Assembly: GCA_016180855.1 (NCBI GenBank) | Contig: JACPAL010000011.1 | Coordinates: 7,392-71,391 of the forward strand | Length of the DNA stretch: 64,000 nt | Direction of reading: 5' to 3' | Source of the DNA: Deltaproteobacteria bacterium | Lineage (GTDB): Bacteria > UBA10199 > JACPAL01 | Part shown: piece after piece, positions 1 through 8,987 of the stretch | How the letters are laid out: each line of letters starts with the position of its first letter | How positions within the stretch are numbered: position 1 is the first letter of the stretch | Notes under the pieces: model-generated | Told to the model about the DNA's origin: nothing | What the model saw: the letters and a program-made list of their open reading frames with translations, nothing else | Database searches by the model: none | Made by a program: the position numbers and the translations under genes

Positions 1-425
1 TTGGGGAGTGACTTTTTTATGATCGGGAGGTATTTCCAACCTGTTTCCCTTTCCGTGCGTGGGGCAGCCGTGTGGACCTGATCCTTTACTGGAAAATCGA
101 ATTCACCAAGATTGAAGCAGATGTCGGTGCCAAGGAGTGGTATCACCTCTGCCTGCAACGCTTCACCAAGGGGGTTCTTCCGATCATAGTCAATAAGGAG
201 TTGCAACCGACCGGGACGGCTTAGGTTTCGGACCTCTTTTCCTCTTCTGCGGACAAACGAGGCAAAGTCATTCTCAAATCGGTGAGGACGAACTCGGGCA
301 AGGCGATCTTTCAGGGCTGATAGCCGGTCCTCAGTGATAACGGTCGGTCGAGCTTCTGCCGGATCGTCTTCATGGCGACCTCTGAAATGAAACCATGTCG
401 CCGCCAGACCGACGGTCACGGTCAA
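1..425 (-). CDS. hypothetical protein, 5' part only (gene runs off the left edge)
   Basis: My own minus-strand translation is open from ~425 to base 1 (..LLTVTVGLAATWFHFRGRHEDDPAEARPTVITEDRLSALKDRLARV..FDFPVKDQVHTAAPRTERETGWKYLPIIKK..). N-terminus is hydrophobic. Only TTG(425) or GTG(419) starts are available. No family recognised. Confidence 0.35.
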   Translation of the reverse strand, partial: MTVTVGLAATWFHFRGRHEDDPAEARPTVITEDRLSALKDRLARVRPHRFENDFASFVRRRGKEVRNLSRPGRLQLLIDYDRKNPLGEALQAEVIPLLGTDICFNLGEFDFPVKDQVHTAAPRTERETGWKYLPIIKKSLP

Positions 426-485
426 TAATGATAGGGGAGAGGTCAGGGATCTCACCCTGTTGGTATCGGTTAAAAATCAATAGAG

Positions 486-1211
486 TTGCTGGTTGCCCCA
501 AAGTTTCAGAAACATTTCAGGCCGTCTGCCGATAATGCCGGTAAGTATATGATTTCTGCACCTCAGTCACCTTTTAATGACCTCCTGGGCGTTGCTGACC
601 GGGTTCTGGACCTCTTTTCCTTTGCGAGTGATGATCGGACGGCCGTCAAAGTGAATGTTGTCCGTCTACTTCGATTAAGGGACGAATTTTATGTCGATCA
701 CTCTATTGAGGGGGCAACCGTCTCCACTCTTGGCGATGAACCACTTGGGAAGGTAGGAAAGAATCTCTTTCGGCTTGCTGAAGAGGAGGCGCTTCAGGAT
801 GATACCGTCTCTTTTCGACTCGGGGCACAAACCGATTGTAACTTAAGGGAGTTGGCCCATTATGGCCGTTCCTCTTTTCAATGTCGTAAATTATCTCTGA
901 AGCCTGATGGAACGGTTCAGGGGACCTTTGAAATATGGTCTCGTGGACAGATGCGGTATGCCAAAACCCATTTCACAGGGAGTCAGTTCTCTTTTCCGCG
1001 AACGGAGGAGGGGATTGAGGCGGTCAAAACATTTCAAAGAGACCTTTACGATGAAATCGCTGCAACTCGATCTGCCTGGTACCGTGCTCAGACATGGATG
1101 AGACTCAAGGTGGTGAGACATCCGATCGTCATGACGGGCAGTCTTGCCATTTTAGTGGTCCTTGTGGGGACCAAAACGCTTTTTCCTTCCGAAATTTCAG
1201 AAAACATTTGA
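486..1211 (+). CDS. hypothetical protein with C-terminal transmembrane anchor
   Basis: 241-codon ORF with TTG at 486 and first ATG at 549. C-terminal hydrophobic stretch IVMTGSLAILVVLVGTKTLF. No family recognised. Confidence 0.5.
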   Translation: MLVAPKFQKHFRPSADNAGKYMISAPQSPFNDLLGVADRVLDLFSFASDDRTAVKVNVVRLLRLRDEFYVDHSIEGATVSTLGDEPLGKVGKNLFRLAEEEALQDDTVSFRLGAQTDCNLRELAHYGRSSFQCRKLSLKPDGTVQGTFEIWSRGQMRYAKTHFTGSQFSFPRTEEGIEAVKTFQRDLYDEIAATRSAWYRAQTWMRLKVVRHPIVMTGSLAILVVLVGTKTLFPSEISENI

Positions 1212-1249
1212 CGAACGGTTCGAATCCTTTATAATTTTCAAAGTCCAAC

Positions 1250-3247
1250 ATGGTTCAGTCTAATGTGAAAGAACTTCCCGTACGGGTTGTACCGGAAATT
1301 GAGCCCCAAAAAATTCTCCCCAAGGAAAAAGAGTGGAAGGTGGAGGATTCCATCCAGCTTTACAACATCGAAAACTGGGGTTCCGGTTATTTTTCCGCCA
1401 ATGAAGCGGGGGAGGTTATCTGCCTCCCCTCGCCGCAGGAGCCGATCAAGTTTTCTGTCATGGAAGTTGTGAGGGAGGCGAAGAAGAGGGGACTGACCTT
1501 TCCGTTGCAGATCCGTTTTCAGGATCTATTGCGTCATCGCGTCAAGGCGATCAACCTCGCCTTTCGAAATGCGATTGAGGATCATCATTACCCCGGTGCT
1601 TACAAGGGTGTATTCCCGATCAAGGTGAACCAGTTACGAGAGGTTGTAGAGGAGATTCTCGATGCAGGGCGGGAATTTCACCACGGACTTGAGGTTGGCA
1701 GCAAACCAGAACTCGTTGCCGCATTGGCCATTAATGACAATCCCGAGAGTCTGATTGTTTGTAACGGTTATAAGGATAACCACTTTATCCGTCTGGCGCT
1801 GACCGGGATCAAGGTCGGTCGAAGAATCATTCTGGTTGTGGAAAAGGCAGACGAAATCGAAAGGATTGTCCAGGTTGCCAAAGAGCTCGAGGTTGATCCG
1901 GTGCTCGGTATCCGTCTGCGTCTTGCGACGAAGAGTTCCGGAAAATGGGCGACGTCGTCCGGTGAGAACGCCAAGTTCGGTCTGAGCGCCTCCGAGGCGC
2001 TCGAGATCTGGGAATATCTCCAGGAGAACAAGCTCGATCATTGTCTCAAGATGATCCATTTCCATATCGGCTCGCAGGTTCCCGACATCATGCATATCAA
2101 ACAGGCGGTTCGTGAGGCGGCTCGCTACCACGCGAAATTTGTCCAGTTGGGCGCCAAGCTTGAATATCTGGATGTCGGTGGGGGACTCGGCATCGATTAT
2201 GACGGGAGCGGAACCGCTTTTCACTCCTCCACCAATTATACGCTTGAGGAGTATGCCAGTACGATTGTCTACAACGTGAAAGATGTCTGCGATCAGGAGA
2301 AGGTTACTTGCCCGACAATCGTCTCCGAGAGCGGACGTGCAACGGTTGCCCATCACACCATTTTGGTTGTCGAGGCGTTTGCCAATGTCGAGAAGACCCA
2401 TCGCTCCAAACTGATCGATATTGTCGATCTGGAGAAGGAACATAAAATTATCCACGACATTCTCGCGTTGAAGAGAAAAATGCCCCACAAAAAGAAACTG
2501 ATGGAGGTCTATCATGCCCTCCAGCAGATTCGTGAGGAGGCGAACCGACTTTTTGATGTTGGACTCCTCGACCTCGTCACGAAGGCGAAGGCGGACTACC
2601 ACTACTGGCAGATCTCCCAGCAGATTGTGAACCGCTTTCTGCAAAACGGGCGGGTTCCGGAAGAGATCCAGGAGCTCTCCAAGACGCTCAATGACCAGTA
2701 TGTCTGCAATTTCTCTATCTTCCAGTCGCTCATGGACAACTGGGCGATCGACCAGCTGTTTCCGATTATCCCGTTGCATCGGCTTGATGAGGAACCGAAG
2801 AAGCGGGCAAAACTCGTCGACATTACCTGTGATTCCGAGGGACAGATCGACGCCTTCATTGATATCCAGGAGGAGGCTCAGGAGTATCTGCCGGTCCATC
2901 CGATCCGAAAAGGACCGTACTATCTTGGGATTTTTCTGATTGGGGCGTATCAGGATATTATGGGGGACCAGCATAACCTCTTTGGTCGAACGAACGAGGT
3001 GCATGTCTTTCATGACCCGGAGGAGCAGTCCGGCTTCTACCTGGAGGAGGTGATCCCCGGCTCCAGCGTAGAGCAGGTGCTCCATAACACCCAATATGAT
3101 TCCAATGAACTTATAAGGAACTTCAAGCGGCTGGTCGATGATGCAATCAAAGAAGACCGGATCAAGCCGTCGGTCGGGATGTCGTTCGTGGACGATTACC
3201 GCAAGGCACTTCTCGATTATACGTACCTCTCCGACGGGCAGTTCTAG
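1250..3247 (+). CDS. speA: biosynthetic arginine decarboxylase
   Basis: 665 aa. N-terminus WKVEDSIQLYNIENWGSGYFSANEAGEV is typical of SpeA. PLP-lysine context FPIKVNQ. Orn/DAP/Arg decarboxylase family-2 layout. The aguA/aguB neighbours fit. Confidence 0.93.
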   Translation: MVQSNVKELPVRVVPEIEPQKILPKEKEWKVEDSIQLYNIENWGSGYFSANEAGEVICLPSPQEPIKFSVMEVVREAKKRGLTFPLQIRFQDLLRHRVKAINLAFRNAIEDHHYPGAYKGVFPIKVNQLREVVEEILDAGREFHHGLEVGSKPELVAALAINDNPESLIVCNGYKDNHFIRLALTGIKVGRRIILVVEKADEIERIVQVAKELEVDPVLGIRLRLATKSSGKWATSSGENAKFGLSASEALEIWEYLQENKLDHCLKMIHFHIGSQVPDIMHIKQAVREAARYHAKFVQLGAKLEYLDVGGGLGIDYDGSGTAFHSSTNYTLEEYASTIVYNVKDVCDQEKVTCPTIVSESGRATVAHHTILVVEAFANVEKTHRSKLIDIVDLEKEHKIIHDILALKRKMPHKKKLMEVYHALQQIREEANRLFDVGLLDLVTKAKADYHYWQISQQIVNRFLQNGRVPEEIQELSKTLNDQYVCNFSIFQSLMDNWAIDQLFPIIPLHRLDEEPKKRAKLVDITCDSEGQIDAFIDIQEEAQEYLPVHPIRKGPYYLGIFLIGAYQDIMGDQHNLFGRTNEVHVFHDPEEQSGFYLEEVIPGSSVEQVLHNTQYDSNELIRNFKRLVDDAIKEDRIKPSVGMSFVDDYRKALLDYTYLSDGQF

Positions 3248-4296
3248 TTTTTTTTTGTGTTGTTTATCCGATCCTCGGCAATTTTCAGGGCAATACGGGG
3301 TGTAGAACGGTTCTCTCTACGTGATTCCTCGAAAATTTTGGTCAATGTCTCCGCAATCTTCGCCGTCTTTCTTCGAGCCTTCTCTTCCTGATAGCCATCC
3401 AGTTCGGCAAAGATGTTGATAATTCCACCGGCGTTGATCACATAATCAGGGGCATAGAGGATATTTTTATCGTGGAGCAGATCACCGTCCCGCATCTCAT
3501 CCAGGAGTTGATTGTTCGCACCGCCGGCGATGACCGGGGCTTTAAGTCTCTCGATCATTCCGGCATGAATGCCCCCTCCCAGGGCACAGGGGGAGAAGAC
3601 ATCCGCCTCGACGTCAAGAATCTTTTCCGGTGAGACGACAGTTGCCCCAAGCGTTGTTTCGGCCCTTTTGGCATTTTCGGGATGGATATCACAGACAACG
3701 AGTCCTGCCCCTTCCTGATGCAAATGTTTAGCCAGCCCGTAGCCAACATGACCCATTCCCTGGATCGCAAAGGTTAACCCCTTGAGGCTCTCCTTCTGCC
3801 ACTTGAAACGGACCGTTGCCTTGATCCCCTCGTAGATTCCATAGGCGGTCATGGGAGAGGGATCATCGCTCCCTCCCGAGGCATAGGAACGACCACCGAC
3901 AAATTTTGTCTCTTGTGCAATGATTTCAAGATCGTCCGTCGTTGTTCCGACATCCTTTGCGGTGATATAACGACCCTCGCGTGAGGCAACAAAACGACCG
4001 AACGCCTTCAACAGCCCAGGACTCTTTTCACTTCGAGGGTCACCGATAATCACCGCCTTGCCACCCCCGAGATCAAGTCCTGAGACAGACGCCTTGTAAG
4101 ACATAGCGCGAGAGAGCCTCAAGACATCCCGGAGTGCCTCCTCTTTTGAGGCATACGGCCACATCCGAACTCCGCCGAGGGCAGGTCCCAAAACGGTACT
4201 ATGAATCGCAATAATCGATTTCAACCCCGACGCTGGATCCTCTCCGTAAACAACCTCCTCATGGCCTGTCTCCGTCTCGATTTTTTGGATCATCAT
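3244..4296 (-). CDS. Leu/Val/Phe-type amino-acid dehydrogenase (leucine dehydrogenase-like)
   Basis: 350 aa. Motifs GGVRMWPY, GGGKAVIIGDP and Rossmann GMGHVGYGLAKHL. Strong SD AAGGAGAGGGG directly upstream of ATGATG. Confidence 0.85.
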   Translation of the reverse strand: MMIQKIETETGHEEVVYGEDPASGLKSIIAIHSTVLGPALGGVRMWPYASKEEALRDVLRLSRAMSYKASVSGLDLGGGKAVIIGDPRSEKSPGLLKAFGRFVASREGRYITAKDVGTTTDDLEIIAQETKFVGGRSYASGGSDDPSPMTAYGIYEGIKATVRFKWQKESLKGLTFAIQGMGHVGYGLAKHLHQEGAGLVVCDIHPENAKRAETTLGATVVSPEKILDVEADVFSPCALGGGIHAGMIERLKAPVIAGGANNQLLDEMRDGDLLHDKNILYAPDYVINAGGIINIFAELDGYQEEKARRKTAKIAETLTKIFEESRRENRSTPRIALKIAEDRINNTKKN

Positions 4297-4308
4297 CCCC
4301 TCTCCTTT

Positions 4309-5343
4309 TTAGGCGATCTGTTGCTGTGTGACACAATGCACCCCCCCAAAACCGCGGACGAGATCCTTCGAGGGGATCTTGGCGATCCTCCTCCCGGGAA
4401 AGAAATTTTTCAAGAGCCGAATTGCCTCATCATCCCTCGGGCTGTCGAAAGAGGGAAGAAGGACGACACCATTCCCAATATAGAAATTGGCGTAGGAGGC
4501 CGGCAGCAGACCGCTATCTGACTCAATAGGGGAGGGGGTTGGCAGGGGGATGACGGTCAGAGGACGCCCCTCTTCGCTCTTCATCTCTTGCAGGGTGGCA
4601 TAGTTCTCTCTGAGCAGCTCGTAGTTTGGGGCTTGCGGATCGTTTTCAAGCGGGGCGACGATCGTTGTTGGGTTCACGAATCGGACCAGGTTATCGATGT
4701 GGCCGTCCGTATCATCACCGGAAGGAGTCCCGGCAGGAAGCCAGAGGATGTTGTCGACTCCTAGAAAACTTTTAAGAATTTTTTCGATCTGCCCTTTTTT
4801 GAGATTCGGGTTTCTTTTGGGATGAAGCAGGCAGGATTCTGTTGTGATTAAGGTTCCGCACCCGTTGGTTTCGATCGATCCCCCCTCCAGAACGATGCCG
4901 GGCCGGAAAAAGGGAAGGGGGACCATTTTTTCGGCAATCCGCGAGGAGACGAGCGCATCCTCGTCCCAAGGGGGCCATTTTTCACCCCACGAATTGAAGA
5001 TCCAGCCAATAAGACCAACCTCGGAACCTTTTTTGATAAAAGTCGGTCCTGTATCCCGGAGCCAGCAATCGTTTGTCGGTATCTCATGGAGCCGGACTCT
5101 ACGAAAATTGATATCCGCCTTTTCCAACCTCTCCTGGACCTCCTTTTTCATGGAGGCGTCGTTAACGAGCAGCTGAACGGCCTCGTCGGTATGAAGTGCC
5201 TTGATCATCTGAATCCAGATTGAGGGGACGAACTTCTGGCGTCCCTGCCAGGTCTCGGCATTGTGCGGCCAAGCGAGCCAAGTGGCAGCGTGGGGTTCCC
5301 ATTCGGCAGGCATGTGAAAACATTGGTCTACGGTTGTTAGCAT
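4309..5343 (-). CDS. aguA: agmatine deiminase
   Basis: 344 aa. FHMPAEWEPHAATWLAWPH N-terminus and C-terminal catalytic-Cys context GGVHCVTQQQ, as in the agmatine deiminase / PAD_porph family. Confidence 0.9.
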   Translation of the reverse strand: MLTTVDQCFHMPAEWEPHAATWLAWPHNAETWQGRQKFVPSIWIQMIKALHTDEAVQLLVNDASMKKEVQERLEKADINFRRVRLHEIPTNDCWLRDTGPTFIKKGSEVGLIGWIFNSWGEKWPPWDEDALVSSRIAEKMVPLPFFRPGIVLEGGSIETNGCGTLITTESCLLHPKRNPNLKKGQIEKILKSFLGVDNILWLPAGTPSGDDTDGHIDNLVRFVNPTTIVAPLENDPQAPNYELLRENYATLQEMKSEEGRPLTVIPLPTPSPIESDSGLLPASYANFYIGNGVVLLPSFDSPRDDEAIRLLKNFFPGRRIAKIPSKDLVRGFGGVHCVTQQQIA

Positions 5344-5384
5344 CTCTTCCTCACATAACGCCCCCTTCCACTGTTTTCACGAGA

Positions 5385-5428
5385 CTCACTATCCCCCTCT
5401 TACATTAAGAGGGGGGGAGGGGGGTGAG
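5385..5428 (-). repeat. C-run/G-run palindromic element, short form, intergenic copy (A)
   Basis: Sequence is CTCACTAT-CCCCCTCT(5393-5400)-TACATTA-AGAGGGGG(5408-5415)-GGAGGGGGGTGAG. This gives an 8-bp stem with a 7-nt loop. The CTCACCCCCC box reads on the minus strand. Lies between the aguB stop and the aguA start. Confidence 0.7.
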
Positions 5429-5436
5429 TTATGCAT

Positions 5437-6315
5437 TTAACATTCCTTTAAGAAGGGCCAATCCTTGCGGACCTCGTTAATCCTTGAGAGGTCACATTCG
5501 GTAGTGACAACCTCTTCCTTCTCGGGGCTTCCCTTTACTAAAACCCTTCCCATGGGATCCACAACAAATGAACTCCCCCAGAATTCAATGTGGTCTTCCT
5601 TGCCAACCCGATTCGTTGCAGCGATAAAGACGCCATTGGCAATCGCATGACCCCTTTGGATCGTGATCCAGGCGTCCAATTCATCTTCCCCCTCACCCCC
5701 GACCCCCCTCCCGCGTGGTGGAGAGGGGAGGGAATAACCAATAGCTGTAGGATAAAAAATGATCTGTGCCCCTGCCTTGGCCAACGCCCGTGCCCCCTCA
5801 GGGAACCACTGATCGTAACAGACCTGGAGGCCGATTCGGCCATAAGGCGACTCAAAAACGGGGGTGCCGGTATCACCGGGTGAAAAATAGAACGATTCCC
5901 CATAGTAGTTTTTAAGATCATTCGGGATGTGGATCTTTCGGTACTTTCCGATAAATTGGCCGTCCGTATTAAACAAAACGGCGGTGTTGAAATACCCCTC
6001 TCCTGATTTCTCAAAGAGTGAACCAACTAGGACGATTTTATGGCGTTTTGCGAGGGAGGAGAGGGCCTCGGAGGTTGGCCCAGGGATCGCCTCCGCGAGC
6101 TTGAAATGGGCCCGGTTTTCCCTCTGGCAGAAATATTCGGTTCGAAACAGCTCCTGAAGAGAGACAATCTGGGCCCCTCTTTGGACCGCCTCCCCAATCC
6201 CCTGGGCCGCTTTTTTGAGGTTTTCCTCGGGGTAGGGGGAGCAGGGGTGTTGGACGAGGCCAACGATCACCCTTTGCCCGCCTGCCTCGTTGTTTTTGGA
6301 GGTCTTGTTTCTCAT
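5437..6315 (-). CDS. aguB: N-carbamoylputrescine amidase (nitrilase/CN-hydrolase superfamily)
   Basis: 292 aa. Catalytic Cys context GLQVCYDQWFPE and FYPTAIG. Adjacent to aguA and near speA. Confidence 0.88.
   Translation of the reverse strand: MRNKTSKNNEAGGQRVIVGLVQHPCSPYPEENLKKAAQGIGEAVQRGAQIVSLQELFRTEYFCQRENRAHFKLAEAIPGPTSEALSSLAKRHKIVLVGSLFEKSGEGYFNTAVLFNTDGQFIGKYRKIHIPNDLKNYYGESFYFSPGDTGTPVFESPYGRIGLQVCYDQWFPEGARALAKAGAQIIFYPTAIGYSLPSPPRGRGVGGEGEDELDAWITIQRGHAIANGVFIAATNRVGKEDHIEFWGSSFVVDPMGRVLVKGSPEKEEVVTTECDLSRINEVRKDWPFLKEC
5688..5732 (+). repeat. C-run/G-run element, degenerate copy (B) inside the aguB CDS
   Basis: CCCCCTCACCCCC-GA-CCCCCCTCCCGCGTGGTGGAGAGGGGAGGG. Only a 6-bp CCCTCC/GGAGGG stem pairs cleanly. 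Translated on the minus strand as PSPPRGRGVGGEGE. Confidence 0.55.
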
Positions 6316-6372
6316 TTGAGGTCAACAAAAATCACACAACCTCTTACCAATCAAGTCGATTCTTAAGACCAG

Positions 6373-6807
6373 ATGTCACCCTCAATAAAAACGGTCATTG
6401 CGACCCTCAGTAGTTTAACAGCGACCGGATGTGCCGCCATTTGGCAGGAGAGTCGCGGCAGCGATCAAGATCCAAAAATAACCATTCGAGACTACCTTCG
6501 CTCTGACGAGAGAGGTCGTGCGGTTCGTACGATCCGAGGGAGTCTCCTTTATCAATGGGCCGACTCGATTGAGGTTAACTTATCCAGATCCTATCTCCCT
6601 TTCTTAGGTTGTGACACCTTTATTCATGACTCTACTCACAGAGGTTTCTCCAATTGCGATAATGGCCCGATCGAAATCCAAGTCACGGCCACCAAGGATG
6701 GAAAAAGTTTTTACAAAGAAAGAATATTTTATACGAGTGTTTTTTTTGTTAAGGACTTGCAACAAGTGATAGGGGAACTTGAGGGGGAGGTTCTTCGCAA
6801 AAAATGA
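6373..6807 (+). CDS. small putative lipoprotein
   Basis: 144 aa. Signal-like N-terminus ending LTATGC. Shares a DPKIT motif and a C-terminal F-[VI]-KD-[LI] segment with the ORF at 7422. Confidence 0.5.
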   Translation: MSPSIKTVIATLSSLTATGCAAIWQESRGSDQDPKITIRDYLRSDERGRAVRTIRGSLLYQWADSIEVNLSRSYLPFLGCDTFIHDSTHRGFSNCDNGPIEIQVTATKDGKSFYKERIFYTSVFFVKDLQQVIGELEGEVLRKK

Positions 6808-7406
6808 ATCTTTCTCCAGCAGCCTCGAAGATCTTTCAAACAGTAACTCCCATAGCCTTGGGGATCGGTCTCGGGTTTACCGCGAATCATTTTCGGAAGA
6901 GACAGAAGGCAATCTCTTCTCAAGGAACGGTCGATAACGATCTGGATCACTTCAGAAAAGGAATGAGAAATTTCGCCATATTTGGCAGTGCGGGAGCCGC
7001 CTGCTCGGTCGCCTCCTTGGGCGTTTTCACGGTTGGTCATGGTCTCTTTCAATCGGCAAGACTCTTCAGGCGTATACCGCCCATCGATTTTGCCATTCTG
7101 ATGGGTCATACCCGTATCGTACAGCTTTTACCCCCACGAACGCTTCTTTTGCTCGGAGCTATCACAGGAAAAATCGGACTTCTTGCCTTCCTGCTAACGG
7201 AGGGAGAGATCTTTAACAAGATATCATTTTTTATCTTTGGGAGTGGTCTTGGCCTCTGTTTGGGCGGTCTCACAATTCATCCCGTTCTATTCCGATCCGC
7301 CCTGCCGTTGACCCTTGTTTTGAGTGGTACCTTGATAGGCACCTTTGGTTTATTTGGGTGGCTCGGTTCATCAGATGTTTTGTTAAGAGAACGTCATGGA
7401 AAATAA
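6804..7406 (+). CDS. hypothetical multi-pass membrane protein
   Basis: 200 aa with several Gly-rich hydrophobic segments. ATGA start-stop overlap with the upstream ORF. Confidence 0.55.
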   Translation: MNLSPAASKIFQTVTPIALGIGLGFTANHFRKRQKAISSQGTVDNDLDHFRKGMRNFAIFGSAGAACSVASLGVFTVGHGLFQSARLFRRIPPIDFAILMGHTRIVQLLPPRTLLLLGAITGKIGLLAFLLTEGEIFNKISFFIFGSGLGLCLGGLTIHPVLFRSALPLTLVLSGTLIGTFGLFGWLGSSDVLLRERHGK

Positions 7407-7421
7407 AAAAAGGAGAACAAT

Positions 7422-7883
7422 ATGAAAGGACTCATCTTGCCGCTCGGCGTCTTTGCAACAGGTATCCTTGCCAGTGCCTGTTGTGGTGAGCCAGAACCTC
7501 AGAAAAAGGAACCGCCGAGTAGCAACTGTAACAACGATCCGAAAATCACCATGGTCGGGTTTGATTGTCATCGCGATATGGATGGAGGCTCCGTGAGGCT
7601 ACTCTTGCAGAGAAGCCCTCTCTACTCCCGCGCCACTTCAATGAGGGTGAGTTTTGACGCTTATTCAGGGGAACGTTTTAGCAACGTAAGCCTTAGCAGG
7701 CTTGATATGGCCGTTGTTATCGACGGGATAAGCTATCACTGGGGGACAGGTTACTCGGACTCCACTTCGATTTTTAAAGATATTGCCGAGGGTCTTAAAA
7801 ATCTTGAGCAGCAGACCAACCCGAAGGCAGCCCCAAACTGTCCCGAGGACCGGTATATTGGTCCAGCCGAGGGCAGTCATTAA
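7422..7883 (+). CDS. small putative lipoprotein (paralogue of 6373..6807)
   Basis: 153 aa. AAGGAG SD. Signal peptide ending ILASAC. DPKIT motif shared with 6373..6807. Confidence 0.55.
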   Translation: MKGLILPLGVFATGILASACCGEPEPQKKEPPSSNCNNDPKITMVGFDCHRDMDGGSVRLLLQRSPLYSRATSMRVSFDAYSGERFSNVSLSRLDMAVVIDGISYHWGTGYSDSTSIFKDIAEGLKNLEQQTNPKAAPNCPEDRYIGPAEGSH

Positions 7884-7946
7884 CAGTCTGCTGACAAAGC
7901 GGTTTGAGAGGTCAAGGGGTCAAGTCTTGAGATAGTTCATCCGACC

Positions 7947-7970
7947 GGTCTCTTCAGAGACCACTTTTTT
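7947..7970 (+). terminator. rho-independent terminator candidate
   Basis: GGTCTC-TTCA-GAGACC followed by AC-TTTTTT, about 60 nt after the stop of 7422..7883. Confidence 0.6.
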
Positions 7971-8054
7971 GCGTTTTCTCACCGATATTCACAACAAATA
8001 AGATCCGTCTCTCGAAAACTCAAATAAGAACGGAAAAAATATAGGGAGGTTGAG

Positions 8055-8483
8055 ATGGATTGCAAACCAATCGGTCGTATAGGTCCCGACAACGTGATGA
8101 ATTTTGTCTCGGGACTCGGTTTTTCATTGGTGGGGGTTGGGGCCCTTAATCAATTTCGGGCGGAGAGGATAGTTACAAAGGCGGTTCTCATCCCAGTCGT
8201 TGCTGCCGCTATCTTGGATATCTTTCAAGTAGGACTTTCCCGGTGGCGCAGCGAGGCCCATTATTGTGAACCTCATCCGGATCAGTTAAGGGATCTGAAT
8301 CTCTATTCGAATCTGGCCGGATTAGCTCTTGGGGGCTTATTTTCAAGCAAGAGATCACCTACATTAACGCCCCAGGCGTTTTGGTCGTTGTTGGGGATAG
8401 GTTTCCTCATAGGCGGCATTGGTCTTAGTTACCACGTGTTAATGGGGTACATAGCTGAAGGGAGGATTCATAATGGGAGCTAG
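8055..8483 (+). CDS. hypothetical membrane protein
   Basis: 142 aa. AGGGAGG SD 6 nt upstream. Hydrophobic segments. FVSGLGFSLVGVGAL motif shared with the next ORF. Confidence 0.55.
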   Translation: MDCKPIGRIGPDNVMNFVSGLGFSLVGVGALNQFRAERIVTKAVLIPVVAAAILDIFQVGLSRWRSEAHYCEPHPDQLRDLNLYSNLAGLALGGLFSSKRSPTLTPQAFWSLLGIGFLIGGIGLSYHVLMGYIAEGRIHNGS

Positions 8484-8937
8484 CACATCATCATCAGCAA
8501 TCGGTCATGCCACGGCGGAGGGGAGAACAACATTATTGGTTCCTGAGTTACCAGCCGAAAGAGAGTTGAGAATAACAAATCCAATAGTAATGGGGAACTC
8601 AGCCGCTTTTGTTGCCGGTCTTGGCCTCAGTTTTTTGGCACTCGGGGCCCTCCGAAAGTCTATGCCACCGAGATTATTGCCATGGGGAGGAATTGCTCTC
8701 TTAGGTATTACGAGTCTCCTGTCAGACCAAAGTCTTACTCGGCCCAACGGTGGTCTCAGTTTTTTGGCCGGTATCGGTACCGGAATGGCTATGGTCGGCT
8801 CGGCCAAGATGTACTTCTCCCATGGTCGTTACTGGTTGATTAGCCTTGGGGAAATAGTCACTTCTGTGGGGCTCTTGATGCTGTATTTCGCAAAGTTTTT
8901 AGATGCCTATTATAAAGATAGCCCAACCAAGAGTTAG
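8473..8937 (+). CDS. hypothetical membrane protein (tandem paralogue of 8055..8483)
   Basis: 154 aa. GGGAGGA SD. FVAGLGLSFLALGAL motif. 11-nt overlap with the upstream ORF. Confidence 0.55.
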   Translation: MGASTSSSAIGHATAEGRTTLLVPELPAERELRITNPIVMGNSAAFVAGLGLSFLALGALRKSMPPRLLPWGGIALLGITSLLSDQSLTRPNGGLSFLAGIGTGMAMVGSAKMYFSHGRYWLISLGEIVTSVGLLMLYFAKFLDAYYKDSPTKS

Positions 8938-8987
8938 TCGCATAAGATATATTATGTCAAATTATGCTAACCAAAAAGGAGTCTGCT

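Noticed and set aside
1214-1238. Possible tRNA gene, suggested by GGTTCGAATCC
   Set aside because: The T-stem has a mismatch. No anticodon arm, D-arm or complementary acceptor 5' strand can be found in the preceding 70 nt. Kept only as a possible remnant in the findings.
1634-3094. 486-codon ORF antisense to speA
   Set aside because: Entirely inside the well-supported speA gene. Low-complexity, Leu/Arg-rich translation with no motifs. A typical shadow ORF.
4296-4306. CCCCTCTCC matching the hairpin arm of the palindromic element
   Set aside because: No complementary arm and no CTCACCCC box. On the minus strand it is simply the AAGGAGAGGGG Shine-Dalgarno of the dehydrogenase gene. Likewise, CCCCTCTCC at 20436-20444 encodes the conserved ..TGEGLLF.. 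of HemN.
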